DNA of 58,843 nucleotides, taken from the NCBI GenBank assembly GCA_018714855.1, contig DVMT01000017.1, positions 1 to 58,843 of the forward strand, written 5' to 3'. Position numbers and translations under genes: made by a program. The notes under the pieces were generated by a model. The model made no database searches. It saw only the letters and a program-made list of their open reading frames with translations, and had not been told where the DNA came from. Positions 19,489-28,184 of the stretch are shown here, one piece after another; within the stretch, counting starts at the first letter, position 1; each line of letters starts with the position of its first letter. This stretch comes from Candidatus Aphodocola excrementigallinarum (lineage in GTDB: Bacteria > Bacillota_I > Bacilli_A > RF39 > UBA660).

Positions 19489-20880
19489 TCACGACCTCAA
19501 CTTCATTTTATTTTTTTTATTTAATAATTTTTTTATTTTATTTAAAACAATCTCATATCCATAAGTAGATAATATAAATATTGAAACATGAATAAAGTAA
19601 GCATATCTTGGTTGAATTTCAATTAATAAGTAAACAAAGAACGTTACCATTATCATAATAACAAAGAAGAATGAATTATCTTTAATTATTTTCTTCCTAT
19701 TAAAGATAACCCCAATAATGCACATTAAAAATGTAATTATATATAGAATGGTATTAAAACTTATAACCACTTTTTCAACATCAGTAAACTTTATTTGCAT
19801 ACCTAAAACATTATATGCCTTATTACTATACATCTCATTTTTAGACGAAATATCAGATTGTAACCAAAAGTGATTAACTTTACAAGTCATTAATTTTGCC
19901 ATTTTTAATGGACTTACATTTATTCTTTCCTTTATTACTTCTATTTCCTCTTCTTTATCATTTAAATATTTTTCATCTTCAGCACTATAATATCCACAAG
20001 AATCATGATTAAAACCTAAAACAAATTTCCACTGCGGATTATTATTACTTAAACCAGCATCATTAATACCTGTTTTTTGTACTATAAGTGAAGAAGCAAT
20101 ACCAATTGCAAAATAAATTACGAAAAAAATCAGTAAATTTCTAATTGTTTTTAATATTAGATCTTTTTTTAGTCTAAATATTTCAAAAAGAAGAAGAGAA
20201 AACAAGACTATTATCCCTTCCGGACGCATTATGTTTCCAAAAGAAATTAACACTGCCGCTATTACATAATCCTTAATCTTTTTATTATCTTTAAGCAAGA
20301 AGAATATTCCTATGTAAGTTAAAAACGTAGCTATATGATGATTAGCCAAAATAGTATTCATATATAATGAGAACGGAAATATCATGTATAATAATGAAGC
20401 CATTCTAGCACTTTTTTCAGAACATATCTTTTTACCAAATAAGTATACTAACAAGCATAAAACTGAAGAAAAAATTGCATTTAAGACTTTAAGAACAAAA
20501 ACACTATTAAATATTTTTAATATTATTCCTTGATATATTACAAAACCTGTTTGATACCCCCATGTAGTGAAATAAGGTTCGTTTTGAATAGAAAAATCAC
20601 CATTAGCAAAATCTTTTGAAGCATTTAATAAAGTCTCGAAATCAGAAACTGGGGCAAAATTAAAAATAAATATCATTGCTAATCTAATCACTAAACTAGT
20701 AACAAATAAAATTATAGGAAATTTTTTTATATTATTTTTTAAAGAAACAAAAATAACTACTAAATAAGCTAGTATTGAAATTATAATATTATTCTGCATT
20801 AAAAAAATTAAAGTAATTATTGAAAAAACGATAATTGTAAAATACATAAATAAATTGGATAAAATATTTTTATTTTTCAT
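19489..20880 (-). CDS. GT-C glycosyltransferase, GT39/ArnT (PMT_2)-like
   Basis: Polytopic membrane protein with an acidic first-loop motif (PVSDFETL) and overall ArnT-like topology. Confidence 0.5.
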   Translation of the reverse strand: MKNKNILSNLFMYFTIIVFSIITLIFLMQNNIIISILAYLVVIFVSLKNNIKKFPIILFVTSLVIRLAMIFIFNFAPVSDFETLLNASKDFANGDFSIQNEPYFTTWGYQTGFVIYQGIILKIFNSVFVLKVLNAIFSSVLCLLVYLFGKKICSEKSARMASLLYMIFPFSLYMNTILANHHIATFLTYIGIFFLLKDNKKIKDYVIAAVLISFGNIMRPEGIIVLFSLLLFEIFRLKKDLILKTIRNLLIFFVIYFAIGIASSLIVQKTGINDAGLSNNNPQWKFVLGFNHDSCGYYSAEDEKYLNDKEEEIEVIKERINVSPLKMAKLMTCKVNHFWLQSDISSKNEMYSNKAYNVLGMQIKFTDVEKVVISFNTILYIITFLMCIIGVIFNRKKIIKDNSFFFVIMIMVTFFVYLLIEIQPRYAYFIHVSIFILSTYGYEIVLNKIKKLLNKKNKMKLRS

Positions 20881-20970
20881 TGATACACTCCTTGTTATTT
20901 TTTTATATTATAACATTTATTTAAAAGAACATAAAGTCACAAAATAAAAAGTCTTAAATTAATTAAGACT

Positions 20971-21588
20971 TTAATCCATTTCAACTATGTATAATTTTTT
21001 ATCTTCTCTTACTATTATCATGTTAGCTTTAGTTTCATAACCAAAATCTTCTTTATAATCCCAAGAAATAGTTACTCTATAAGCATTATCGTCTACCGTA
21101 TCATCTGAATACGTAAAAGAAGTATCTTCTATCTTTACGCTTTTTATTTCACTTACCTCCGGTAAATCTTGATTTCTATTATCAGATAAAACTTCTATAT
21201 ATCTATAAAAAGTACTTCTTGCTTCTTCTATAAAGTTATCACGCATACTTTCCTTTATAAAATCAGTACCACCGATATCATTTTTAGATTGCTTATTAGA
21301 AAGAGTATAAAAATCTATTATAAATAGCTTAGCTATTTCTTTCGCATACTCCTCGTAATCAACGTCATTTTTAGATAATATATCATCTAGCTTTTCAAAC
21401 TCATCTTTATATAGCTTTGTTTCGTTTTCTCTTAGATCGTATCCATATTCTGGTATTGATTTAATTACTTTTACTTCCTCTTCTTTATTTTTAAAGAAGA
21501 AATTATAAACTAAAATACCAATAATTGCAATTATAACTAATATGATTAAAATGATTAATATTTTTTTTAACTTACTTTTCTTCTTCAT
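20971..21588 (-). CDS. Hypothetical N-terminally anchored extracytoplasmic protein
   Basis: ORF track; single TM helix (ILIILIILVIIAIIGILVYNFFF); overlaps the ltaS stop by 17 nt. Confidence 0.55.
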   Translation of the reverse strand: MKKKSKLKKILIILIILVIIAIIGILVYNFFFKNKEEEVKVIKSIPEYGYDLRENETKLYKDEFEKLDDILSKNDVDYEEYAKEIAKLFIIDFYTLSNKQSKNDIGGTDFIKESMRDNFIEEARSTFYRYIEVLSDNRNQDLPEVSEIKSVKIEDTSFTYSDDTVDDNAYRVTISWDYKEDFGYETKANMIIVREDKKLYIVEMD

Positions 21589-23632
21589 TTTTATCTCCTG
21601 CCTCTAAATCGTAAACTATAATAGCGTCTGATACTCCTAATATCTTATTAGCATACTCTTTATTCTTTTCTATTTCCTCTTCGGTTACAACGCTATCTTT
21701 AAGAAGTAAATATTCATCTTTTTGAGCATTGTAATACATCTTATCAGTTACCCAGTTACCATTAGGAAATACCACTATGTTCTCATCAGTACTAAATATG
21801 TCATGACCTAAACCGTAAGTATAATCAAAATTAAACATGTTAGCAAGCGTTGGCATAGCATCATACATACCCATTACTTTATCTATTTTTTTATTTAATT
21901 TTGAATTACCTTTACTATCCTTTGTCCAAATAATAAATGGTACTTTCCTATTTAATTCATAATTATAATAATCAACGTCTACGTATCTCGGATCATCTTT
22001 ATCATACTCTTCACCAGTTTCAAAATCATAGTTGTAAAAATATCTATACTCGCTTTTTGCTATTTTAGCATCATGATCCCCATATATTACCACAACGGTA
22101 TTATCCAAAAGACCTTCTGCATCTAACTCATTTATAAACTCACCTATTGCTTCATCAGCATAATGTACTGATTTAAAATATCTTCCAAGGTCAGTGCCTT
22201 CCATATATGGAAGTGATTTTTCCACAGTATTTCCATTTTCATCAGTTTCAGTGTATTTATAATCAACCGAATAATTTCCATACTTATCTTCATCATCCCA
22301 AGGAGTATGATTAGATAAAGTTATTAACGTTACATAATAATTACTATTTTCCTCACTTATCTTCTTTATTTTTTGGGTAGATTGTCTAAAGAATTCTTTA
22401 TCAGATAGACCCATTCCAATTACTTCATCATCATTAGAATAATCATATGAATCACGGGCGTAAAAATGATCATATCCTAAAGTTTCATGCATTACGTTAC
22501 GATTCCAAAATGAAGCAGTATTAGCATGCATGCTTGCCGTATAATAGCCCTTTTGCTTTAAAATGTTTGGAATAGCCTCATATGTCCTATCCCAATAATT
22601 TACAAATACCGTACCAGTTGATGCTGGCATAAGAGAAGTATTAAAAGTAAACTCAGTATCAGATGATGTTCCAACACTTGTTTGAGAATAATAATTAAAG
22701 AAGAAAAGTCCTTCACTAGCAAGCCTATTTAAGTTAGGGGTTAACTCTTGGTTGTTAAATGATAAAGTCATGTTTTGCGTCATCATGCTTTCTGCATGAA
22801 TAACAATTATGTTTTTACCCTCGAAAACATTAGTATACTCATTAGTACTTGATGTTTGATTATCAGTTTGTTTTTTTTGTTCATAAAACTCTCTTACCGT
22901 TTTAGCGGCATTATCATAACCAAACAAACTAGTAAACTTTGATTCAGTACTTTTAATTGCATCATTAACTTGATATACATAAATACCAAATCTTTGAACT
23001 AAATACTCTCTATTCCACTGCTTTTTTAACCTTGAATAATCTGATGACTGCATCATTGAAACAGTTAAAAAAGCTGCCAAAGCGCCTAATATAATCGTAT
23101 TTAAAAAACGCTTTTTACTTCTTTCTATTTTTTCTACTTTATCATAGTATTTTTTCTTTTTTAATATCGTGTGAACAATAAATAAAACAATCGGTGGAAA
23201 AATAAGAATAACATCTTTTAGCTTAATTAACGAAGTTACAACAGCACCATTCATATCTCCTAAAAACGATGCCGTAGACAAAAGTGAAAATGATGCAAAA
23301 GAAACGTAATTTTCATAATATACCGCATTTATAATACAAGTAAGCATCATTATTATTGTAAGTGGCATAAGTACTCTATACTGTTTTTTAGGCTTTAGAA
23401 GATAAGCAAATGATCCAAAGATTAAAATAAATGCAAGATCAGATATTATTGCTTTAAAGCTAAATAAATTACCCATGGTAACTATTCTTAAAAGCCAAGA
23501 ATTAATTAAGTTTATTAATACGTATGTTATAAAAAGAATATTTGTTTTAACATATAAAACAACACTTATCTGTTTATATCTATTTTTTATTTTACTAAAT
23601 AAATTCTTAAAAAACGATTTAACTTTCTTCAT
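21572..23632 (-). CDS. ltaS: Lipoteichoic acid synthase (LtaS, sulfatase superfamily)
   Basis: Five N-terminal TM helices plus an extracellular sulfatase domain (IIVIHAESMM...GTSSDTEFTFNTSL...SNHTPW...YGDH). Confidence 0.85.
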   Translation of the reverse strand: MKKVKSFFKNLFSKIKNRYKQISVVLYVKTNILFITYVLINLINSWLLRIVTMGNLFSFKAIISDLAFILIFGSFAYLLKPKKQYRVLMPLTIIMMLTCIINAVYYENYVSFASFSLLSTASFLGDMNGAVVTSLIKLKDVILIFPPIVLFIVHTILKKKKYYDKVEKIERSKKRFLNTIILGALAAFLTVSMMQSSDYSRLKKQWNREYLVQRFGIYVYQVNDAIKSTESKFTSLFGYDNAAKTVREFYEQKKQTDNQTSSTNEYTNVFEGKNIIVIHAESMMTQNMTLSFNNQELTPNLNRLASEGLFFFNYYSQTSVGTSSDTEFTFNTSLMPASTGTVFVNYWDRTYEAIPNILKQKGYYTASMHANTASFWNRNVMHETLGYDHFYARDSYDYSNDDEVIGMGLSDKEFFRQSTQKIKKISEENSNYYVTLITLSNHTPWDDEDKYGNYSVDYKYTETDENGNTVEKSLPYMEGTDLGRYFKSVHYADEAIGEFINELDAEGLLDNTVVVIYGDHDAKIAKSEYRYFYNYDFETGEEYDKDDPRYVDVDYYNYELNRKVPFIIWTKDSKGNSKLNKKIDKVMGMYDAMPTLANMFNFDYTYGLGHDIFSTDENIVVFPNGNWVTDKMYYNAQKDEYLLLKDSVVTEEEIEKNKEYANKILGVSDAIIVYDLEAGDKNEEEK

Positions 23633-23688
23633 TTTTTCCTCCTAAATACTTCTTAGAATAATACCATTATATCACAAAAAAAAGTCTT

Positions 23689-24528
23689 TTATTCAAGACT
23701 TTTTATTTTTCCAGTCATTTCTGTTAATTTATATTCGTTAAAAGTCATACCAAATACAAATACATAACACATCCAGTATATCCAGATCATTAATATTATT
23801 AAGTTAGATAAGTTACCATAAAACTTAGTGTAATTTGCTAAATGTGTTACATAAAATGAAAATAAAAACGTTGTAATACCCCAAATAACAGTAGTTAAAA
23901 GAGCTCCTTTATTAACACTTTTACTCGGAATAGGCTCATTAGGAGCAATCGTATATATAACTTTTACCGTAAAAAATATCATAAACAATACAAAAGGCCA
24001 TTTTATCACATCATATAAAATAGATACGTAAGGTGATATATTACCATTTACCTTTGCAATGTAATCTACTATCCTACTACCTACCGTTAAAGTTGCAATA
24101 ATCATTATTACTAGTATTATTATGATAATTAACATTATTATTGCTTTTATTCTTGTTCTTAGAAAGTTTCTTTGTTTGCCATTATAAATCTGAGTTGATG
24201 CAACAACTATAGAATGAGTTGCTTTAGAAGCTAAATAAAACGCGGTTATAATAAATACAATATCTAAAGTACCAACTTTCTGACTGTCAATTATAAATAA
24301 AAATATGTCAGTTACTCCGTTCGGTAAATAATGGACGAAAAAATTAGTTACAGTATCAAAGCTAAGCGATAGCTTTGATACAAACATAACTAATATACTA
24401 AATAGTGGGATTATAGATAAAACCACAAAGAAAGATATTTGTCCGGGTAATATAGACATTAAAGGCGTACTCATAAGCCTTATGTTTTCTTTTATCGTGC
24501 CCTTTATTTTTTCCTTTTGCTTTTTCAT
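23689..24528 (-). CDS. YihY/BrkB family membrane protein
   Basis: Six TM helices with an N-terminal ISFFVVLSIIPLFSIL motif. Confidence 0.65.
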   Translation of the reverse strand: MKKQKEKIKGTIKENIRLMSTPLMSILPGQISFFVVLSIIPLFSILVMFVSKLSLSFDTVTNFFVHYLPNGVTDIFLFIIDSQKVGTLDIVFIITAFYLASKATHSIVVASTQIYNGKQRNFLRTRIKAIIMLIIIIILVIMIIATLTVGSRIVDYIAKVNGNISPYVSILYDVIKWPFVLFMIFFTVKVIYTIAPNEPIPSKSVNKGALLTTVIWGITTFLFSFYVTHLANYTKFYGNLSNLIILMIWIYWMCYVFVFGMTFNEYKLTEMTGKIKSLE

Positions 24529-24537
24529 CTTATCACC

Positions 24538-26601
24538 TTATTTATTCTTACCATTCATCTCTTTACTTGCTCTTATTTCAAGTACTGCTTCATTTATAGC
24601 ATCATCAATTGTTTTAATATCATCTTCAATCATACTATAACCTAAAGTAGCACCATAACCATATGGTAATTCACTTAACTCCTTGTATAACTTTCTCATG
24701 TATGCTACAACCTTATTTTTCTCATAACCTACCATGTAAATTAAATATTCATTACCATCAGTTCTGATTATATCACTTTGTTCTAATTGGTTTCTAATTA
24801 AGATATTTGCAGCAAGTTTGATTAATTTATCTCCCTCTTCATGACCATAAACATCATTTACATGACGAAGATTATTAAGATTTACCACGATAATTGCCTG
24901 TGGATATATAGCATTATTATTCCAACGTTTAAAGTTTTTATTTAAATAGTTACGATTCTTTAAAGATGTTAAAGGATCAACATATCTAATGGTTTCTTCC
25001 CTTTTGTTCTTTTTCTTTATCTTTAATCTTTTTCTTAAGAATAACCATCCAATAAATAAAACTATAACAATCGCTACAATATATATGAAAGTATAACTTA
25101 TTTCTTTAGAATCAACCAAATAATCTTTCCAAGCTAAATTATACATTTGTTTATAATTTATTATTTCCATGTAAGTATTAAATAACGTGCTAAATGCTCT
25201 ATTTTCATTATTATCTTTGATTATATATCCATATTCTAGATTTTCATTATCATTATAAATAACCCTAAAATTAGATAATTCACTATCCTTATACATATCA
25301 TAGATGTTTCTATCTAATACTACTATACTATCATCATCTATATTATTAATTAATGAAGATACCCTATCATATGTCTTAACCTTTGCATCAGCTTCATCTT
25401 CTAAATATTTAGCTAGCGTTGAGTTAATAGCAATTACGTTTTTATCTTTTAAAGATTTTACTGAATTAACCACAACATCAGTTCTATCTTGATTAACCAA
25501 CACAACATACTGTTCATCATAAGGTGAAATCGTTCTTGTATAATCTCCACTTAAACCAGAATAATTATAATAATTTGGAGCAATATCAACCTTACCATCA
25601 TTTAAAGCATCTTTTAAATCTTTAACAGAACGATACTTCCTCAAGGTAAATGATGCACCAGATAACTCACTAAAAGCATCTATGTAAGTACTATCAAGAC
25701 CTATTAAACGATTATTAATAACTGAAGTATAAGGCTCATTATCAATGTATCCAAAAACATAATTCTTGCCTAAAAAATCAGCTTGCGTTTTTTCAGATAT
25801 ATTATTTTCTTCCATCAATAAATTTATAAGTGATTCATTATAATCACTTTCCAAGTAATTATTTTCATAGTCTAAATAATTTTTATTTACAATGCTTTTT
25901 AAATTCTTATTTAAATCATCAGAAGTTCTTAAAACATATGCTTCTCTCATTTCAGTTATGTTATAAACTATATGATAATCATTTTCTAAAGCAAATGATA
26001 AATATCTCATTTTAGGAACTGCTATGTAATCTACTTCACTATTTTTAATAGCGTTTTGTAAATTCTCTTCACTATCATAAGGAGTATAAGTAACGTTATT
26101 TAAAGAAGAAATATAATAACTTACATCAGATAAATCATCAGATAAAACACCTATTTTCTTATTACTTATATCTCTTGGATCAGTTATTTTCTCACTTTCT
26201 TTTCCAACTAGAACATAATAATCATTAAAGAAAACCATCTCATCTTCTTTTATTTTATTTACATCATCATGTCCTACAACTTCAAAATATAAATCATTTT
26301 CCTCAACACTATCAGAGGCATCATATGAAATAAGATTTAATGATAACTCCGTTTGATCTTCAAAACGAGTTATAAAGTTAAAGAACACACCCTCACCATT
26401 GCTACTAAAAACCGGTATGTTATTAGCAACAGATATATTTATTACGTCTTTTTTATTATTTTCAATCCATCTTTTTTCACTTAGATTAAGTCTTGTATCA
26501 ACCGCATTAGAATTACTAAAATTAATTAATACAATAAGAATAATTACTAAGATAATTATAAAACCTACAACTAACCATCTTTTATTTTTCTTTTTTCTCA
26601 T
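24538..26601 (-). CDS. Membrane signalling protein with a periplasmic solute-binding-like region and a degenerate GGDEF domain
   Basis: Architecture is TM, a roughly 480-aa extracytoplasmic region, TM, then DPLTSLKNRNYL...VNDVYGHEEGD...RTDGNEY. GGDEF is replaced by DGNEY (24745-24759), and the metal-binding D-x-D region reads NLNN. Confidence 0.75.
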   Translation of the reverse strand: MRKKKNKRWLVVGFIIILVIILIVLINFSNSNAVDTRLNLSEKRWIENNKKDVINISVANNIPVFSSNGEGVFFNFITRFEDQTELSLNLISYDASDSVEENDLYFEVVGHDDVNKIKEDEMVFFNDYYVLVGKESEKITDPRDISNKKIGVLSDDLSDVSYYISSLNNVTYTPYDSEENLQNAIKNSEVDYIAVPKMRYLSFALENDYHIVYNITEMREAYVLRTSDDLNKNLKSIVNKNYLDYENNYLESDYNESLINLLMEENNISEKTQADFLGKNYVFGYIDNEPYTSVINNRLIGLDSTYIDAFSELSGASFTLRKYRSVKDLKDALNDGKVDIAPNYYNYSGLSGDYTRTISPYDEQYVVLVNQDRTDVVVNSVKSLKDKNVIAINSTLAKYLEDEADAKVKTYDRVSSLINNIDDDSIVVLDRNIYDMYKDSELSNFRVIYNDNENLEYGYIIKDNNENRAFSTLFNTYMEIINYKQMYNLAWKDYLVDSKEISYTFIYIVAIVIVLFIGWLFLRKRLKIKKKNKREETIRYVDPLTSLKNRNYLNKNFKRWNNNAIYPQAIIVVNLNNLRHVNDVYGHEEGDKLIKLAANILIRNQLEQSDIIRTDGNEYLIYMVGYEKNKVVAYMRKLYKELSELPYGYGATLGYSMIEDDIKTIDDAINEAVLEIRASKEMNGKNK

Positions 26602-26613
26602 TATTTACCACCT

Positions 26614-27087
26614 CTATAAAACATCAAATGATATAGAATCATTATTTTTATGTTTATATCCAGTTACCGGATATTTTTCTTCCCCATTTTGCTCTTGAAT
26701 TGAGTAAAAAGTAACATCATAATAAGACTTTACCTTATCACTTATAAAGCCTAACATATCATTAAACCTAGCTTGTATATCATCCGTTGATACACCCTCA
26801 TCAAAATATACAAAGAATTTAATTAGTCTTCCTTTTACGGTTATCTTAGCATCTTTAACTCCTGTTAATTCTTTAGTACTAGATAAAACATCATCTTTTT
26901 CATCATCAGTAAATTCATACTTTTCTATATCTGTTAACCTTACTCCATAAGTTGATTTTTCTGAGTTAGAATAAAACAAAGACTTATATAAAACAATTAA
27001 AATTATTAAAACAGCAAGAACAATTAATCCTATTCTAACTTGTTTTTTATGAGTCTTTATAAACCTTTTTATTTTTGGTAGCATCAC
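26614..27087 (-). CDS. Hypothetical N-terminally anchored protein
   Basis: ORF track; single TM helix; apparently in an operon with the GGDEF gene. Confidence 0.5.
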   Translation of the reverse strand: MMLPKIKRFIKTHKKQVRIGLIVLAVLIILIVLYKSLFYSNSEKSTYGVRLTDIEKYEFTDDEKDDVLSSTKELTGVKDAKITVKGRLIKFFVYFDEGVSTDDIQARFNDMLGFISDKVKSYYDVTFYSIQEQNGEEKYPVTGYKHKNNDSISFDVL

Positions 27088-27179
27088 TTCGCCTCCTATT
27101 ACTAAAATATTATACTATAAAATATGTTTTATTTCTACTTTATTTAAAAAAAATAAGATGCAAATTTTGCATCTTACTT

Positions 27180-27374
27180 CTAATTTTTATTTTTTGTTAT
27201 TATGAATCCTATTAATCCAACTATTACGATTATCATCCCAACAATTAGGATTCCACCGTTACTTTCCTTTCCAGCCGCAGCTTCCTTTGCAATGGATAGA
27301 GTATATAAATAATCATAATATTTAAGTGTTAATTTATCAAACAAACTTAAAGTATTTTCAACACCTTGTTCCAT
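27180..27374 (-). CDS. Small tail-anchored membrane protein (64 aa)
   Basis: Strong RBS AAGGAGGAATAAGC before the ATG. C-terminal TM helix ILIVGMIIVIVGLIGFII followed by TKNKN. A terminator hairpin lies downstream at about 27150-27172. Confidence 0.6.
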   Translation of the reverse strand: MEQGVENTLSLFDKLTLKYYDYLYTLSIAKEAAAGKESNGGILIVGMIIVIVGLIGFIITKNKN

Positions 27375-27402
27375 GCTTATTCCTCCTTAAAAAGAAAACT
27401 TT

Positions 27403-28113
27403 CTATTTTTCCTTTTCATTATTTGTTACTGCTTTATTTTTAAAATTTAAATTTTCATCTTTATTTAAAGTGAAATATACCATATAAGTTACAAAAGTTT
27501 CAATCGTGTTGGCTAATAATAATCTAGGATCATAAGATTGAATAATAGACATAGCAACACCACCAGCGATAAATGCAAAAAATGGGGTACATTTACTGCC
27601 ATTTGTTTTATTATAATGGCTAAATAGATAAATTAAAGCTATTATTAAAAGCACATCTGAAAAATAATTAACATAATTTATTGCTGGCCCATAAGAATAT
27701 ATTTTGGAAAAATTATATTCAACAGGTAATATTATTACCATTATAATTGAAATTATAAATAAAATTATAGAAATAATTGTAATCTTTTTTCTATCCTTTT
27801 TTATTTCAAAATCAGATTTATTTTTCCTATTATAAAGAACCGTAAATATATATATTATAAAAGTTATCATCCAAGCTAACAAACAAACTAGAAATAGCCT
27901 TACAATAATTTCCATAAATAAAGTATCAGATTTTATATTAATAGCAGAAATAGTACAAATTATCTCAATTATTAAAGATACTAAATTTATAGTAGCCAAA
28001 GACCTAAGTATTTTATTTGATGTATCTGTTTTTCCTTTTTGTTTTTTCATTACAAAAAGAAGCATAATAATGTAAAATAAACTACATACTGAAAAATAAA
28101 TTGTATAATTCAT
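27403..28113 (-). CDS. Polytopic membrane protein homologous to the sensor module of the kinase at 45081-46874
   Basis: Both proteins share the same TM layout and matching blocks. Examples are VMKKQKGKTD versus FSKKRIKSDE, and ...TFVTYMVYFTLNKDEN versus ...ADLIMIFTIENPD. Confidence 0.55.
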   Translation of the reverse strand: MNYTIYFSVCSLFYIIMLLFVMKKQKGKTDTSNKILRSLATINLVSLIIEIICTISAINIKSDTLFMEIIVRLFLVCLLAWMITFIIYIFTVLYNRKNKSDFEIKKDRKKITIISIILFIISIIMVIILPVEYNFSKIYSYGPAINYVNYFSDVLLIIALIYLFSHYNKTNGSKCTPFFAFIAGGVAMSIIQSYDPRLLLANTIETFVTYMVYFTLNKDENLNFKNKAVTNNEKEK

Positions 28114-28184
28114 AACACACCTCTTACTTTAAGTATAATACATTTTTTTAAAAAAGAAAGTAAAAATTACTTTTTCTTTACTTT

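Noticed and set aside
20940-20968. Recurring AAAAAGTCTT...AAGACTTTTT palindromes (also near 23679 and 54597) as a possible REP-like dispersed repeat
   Set aside because: Each lies immediately 3' of a stop codon with a U-run. They share only the short AAGAC/GTCTT core, so they are ordinary AT-rich intrinsic terminators.
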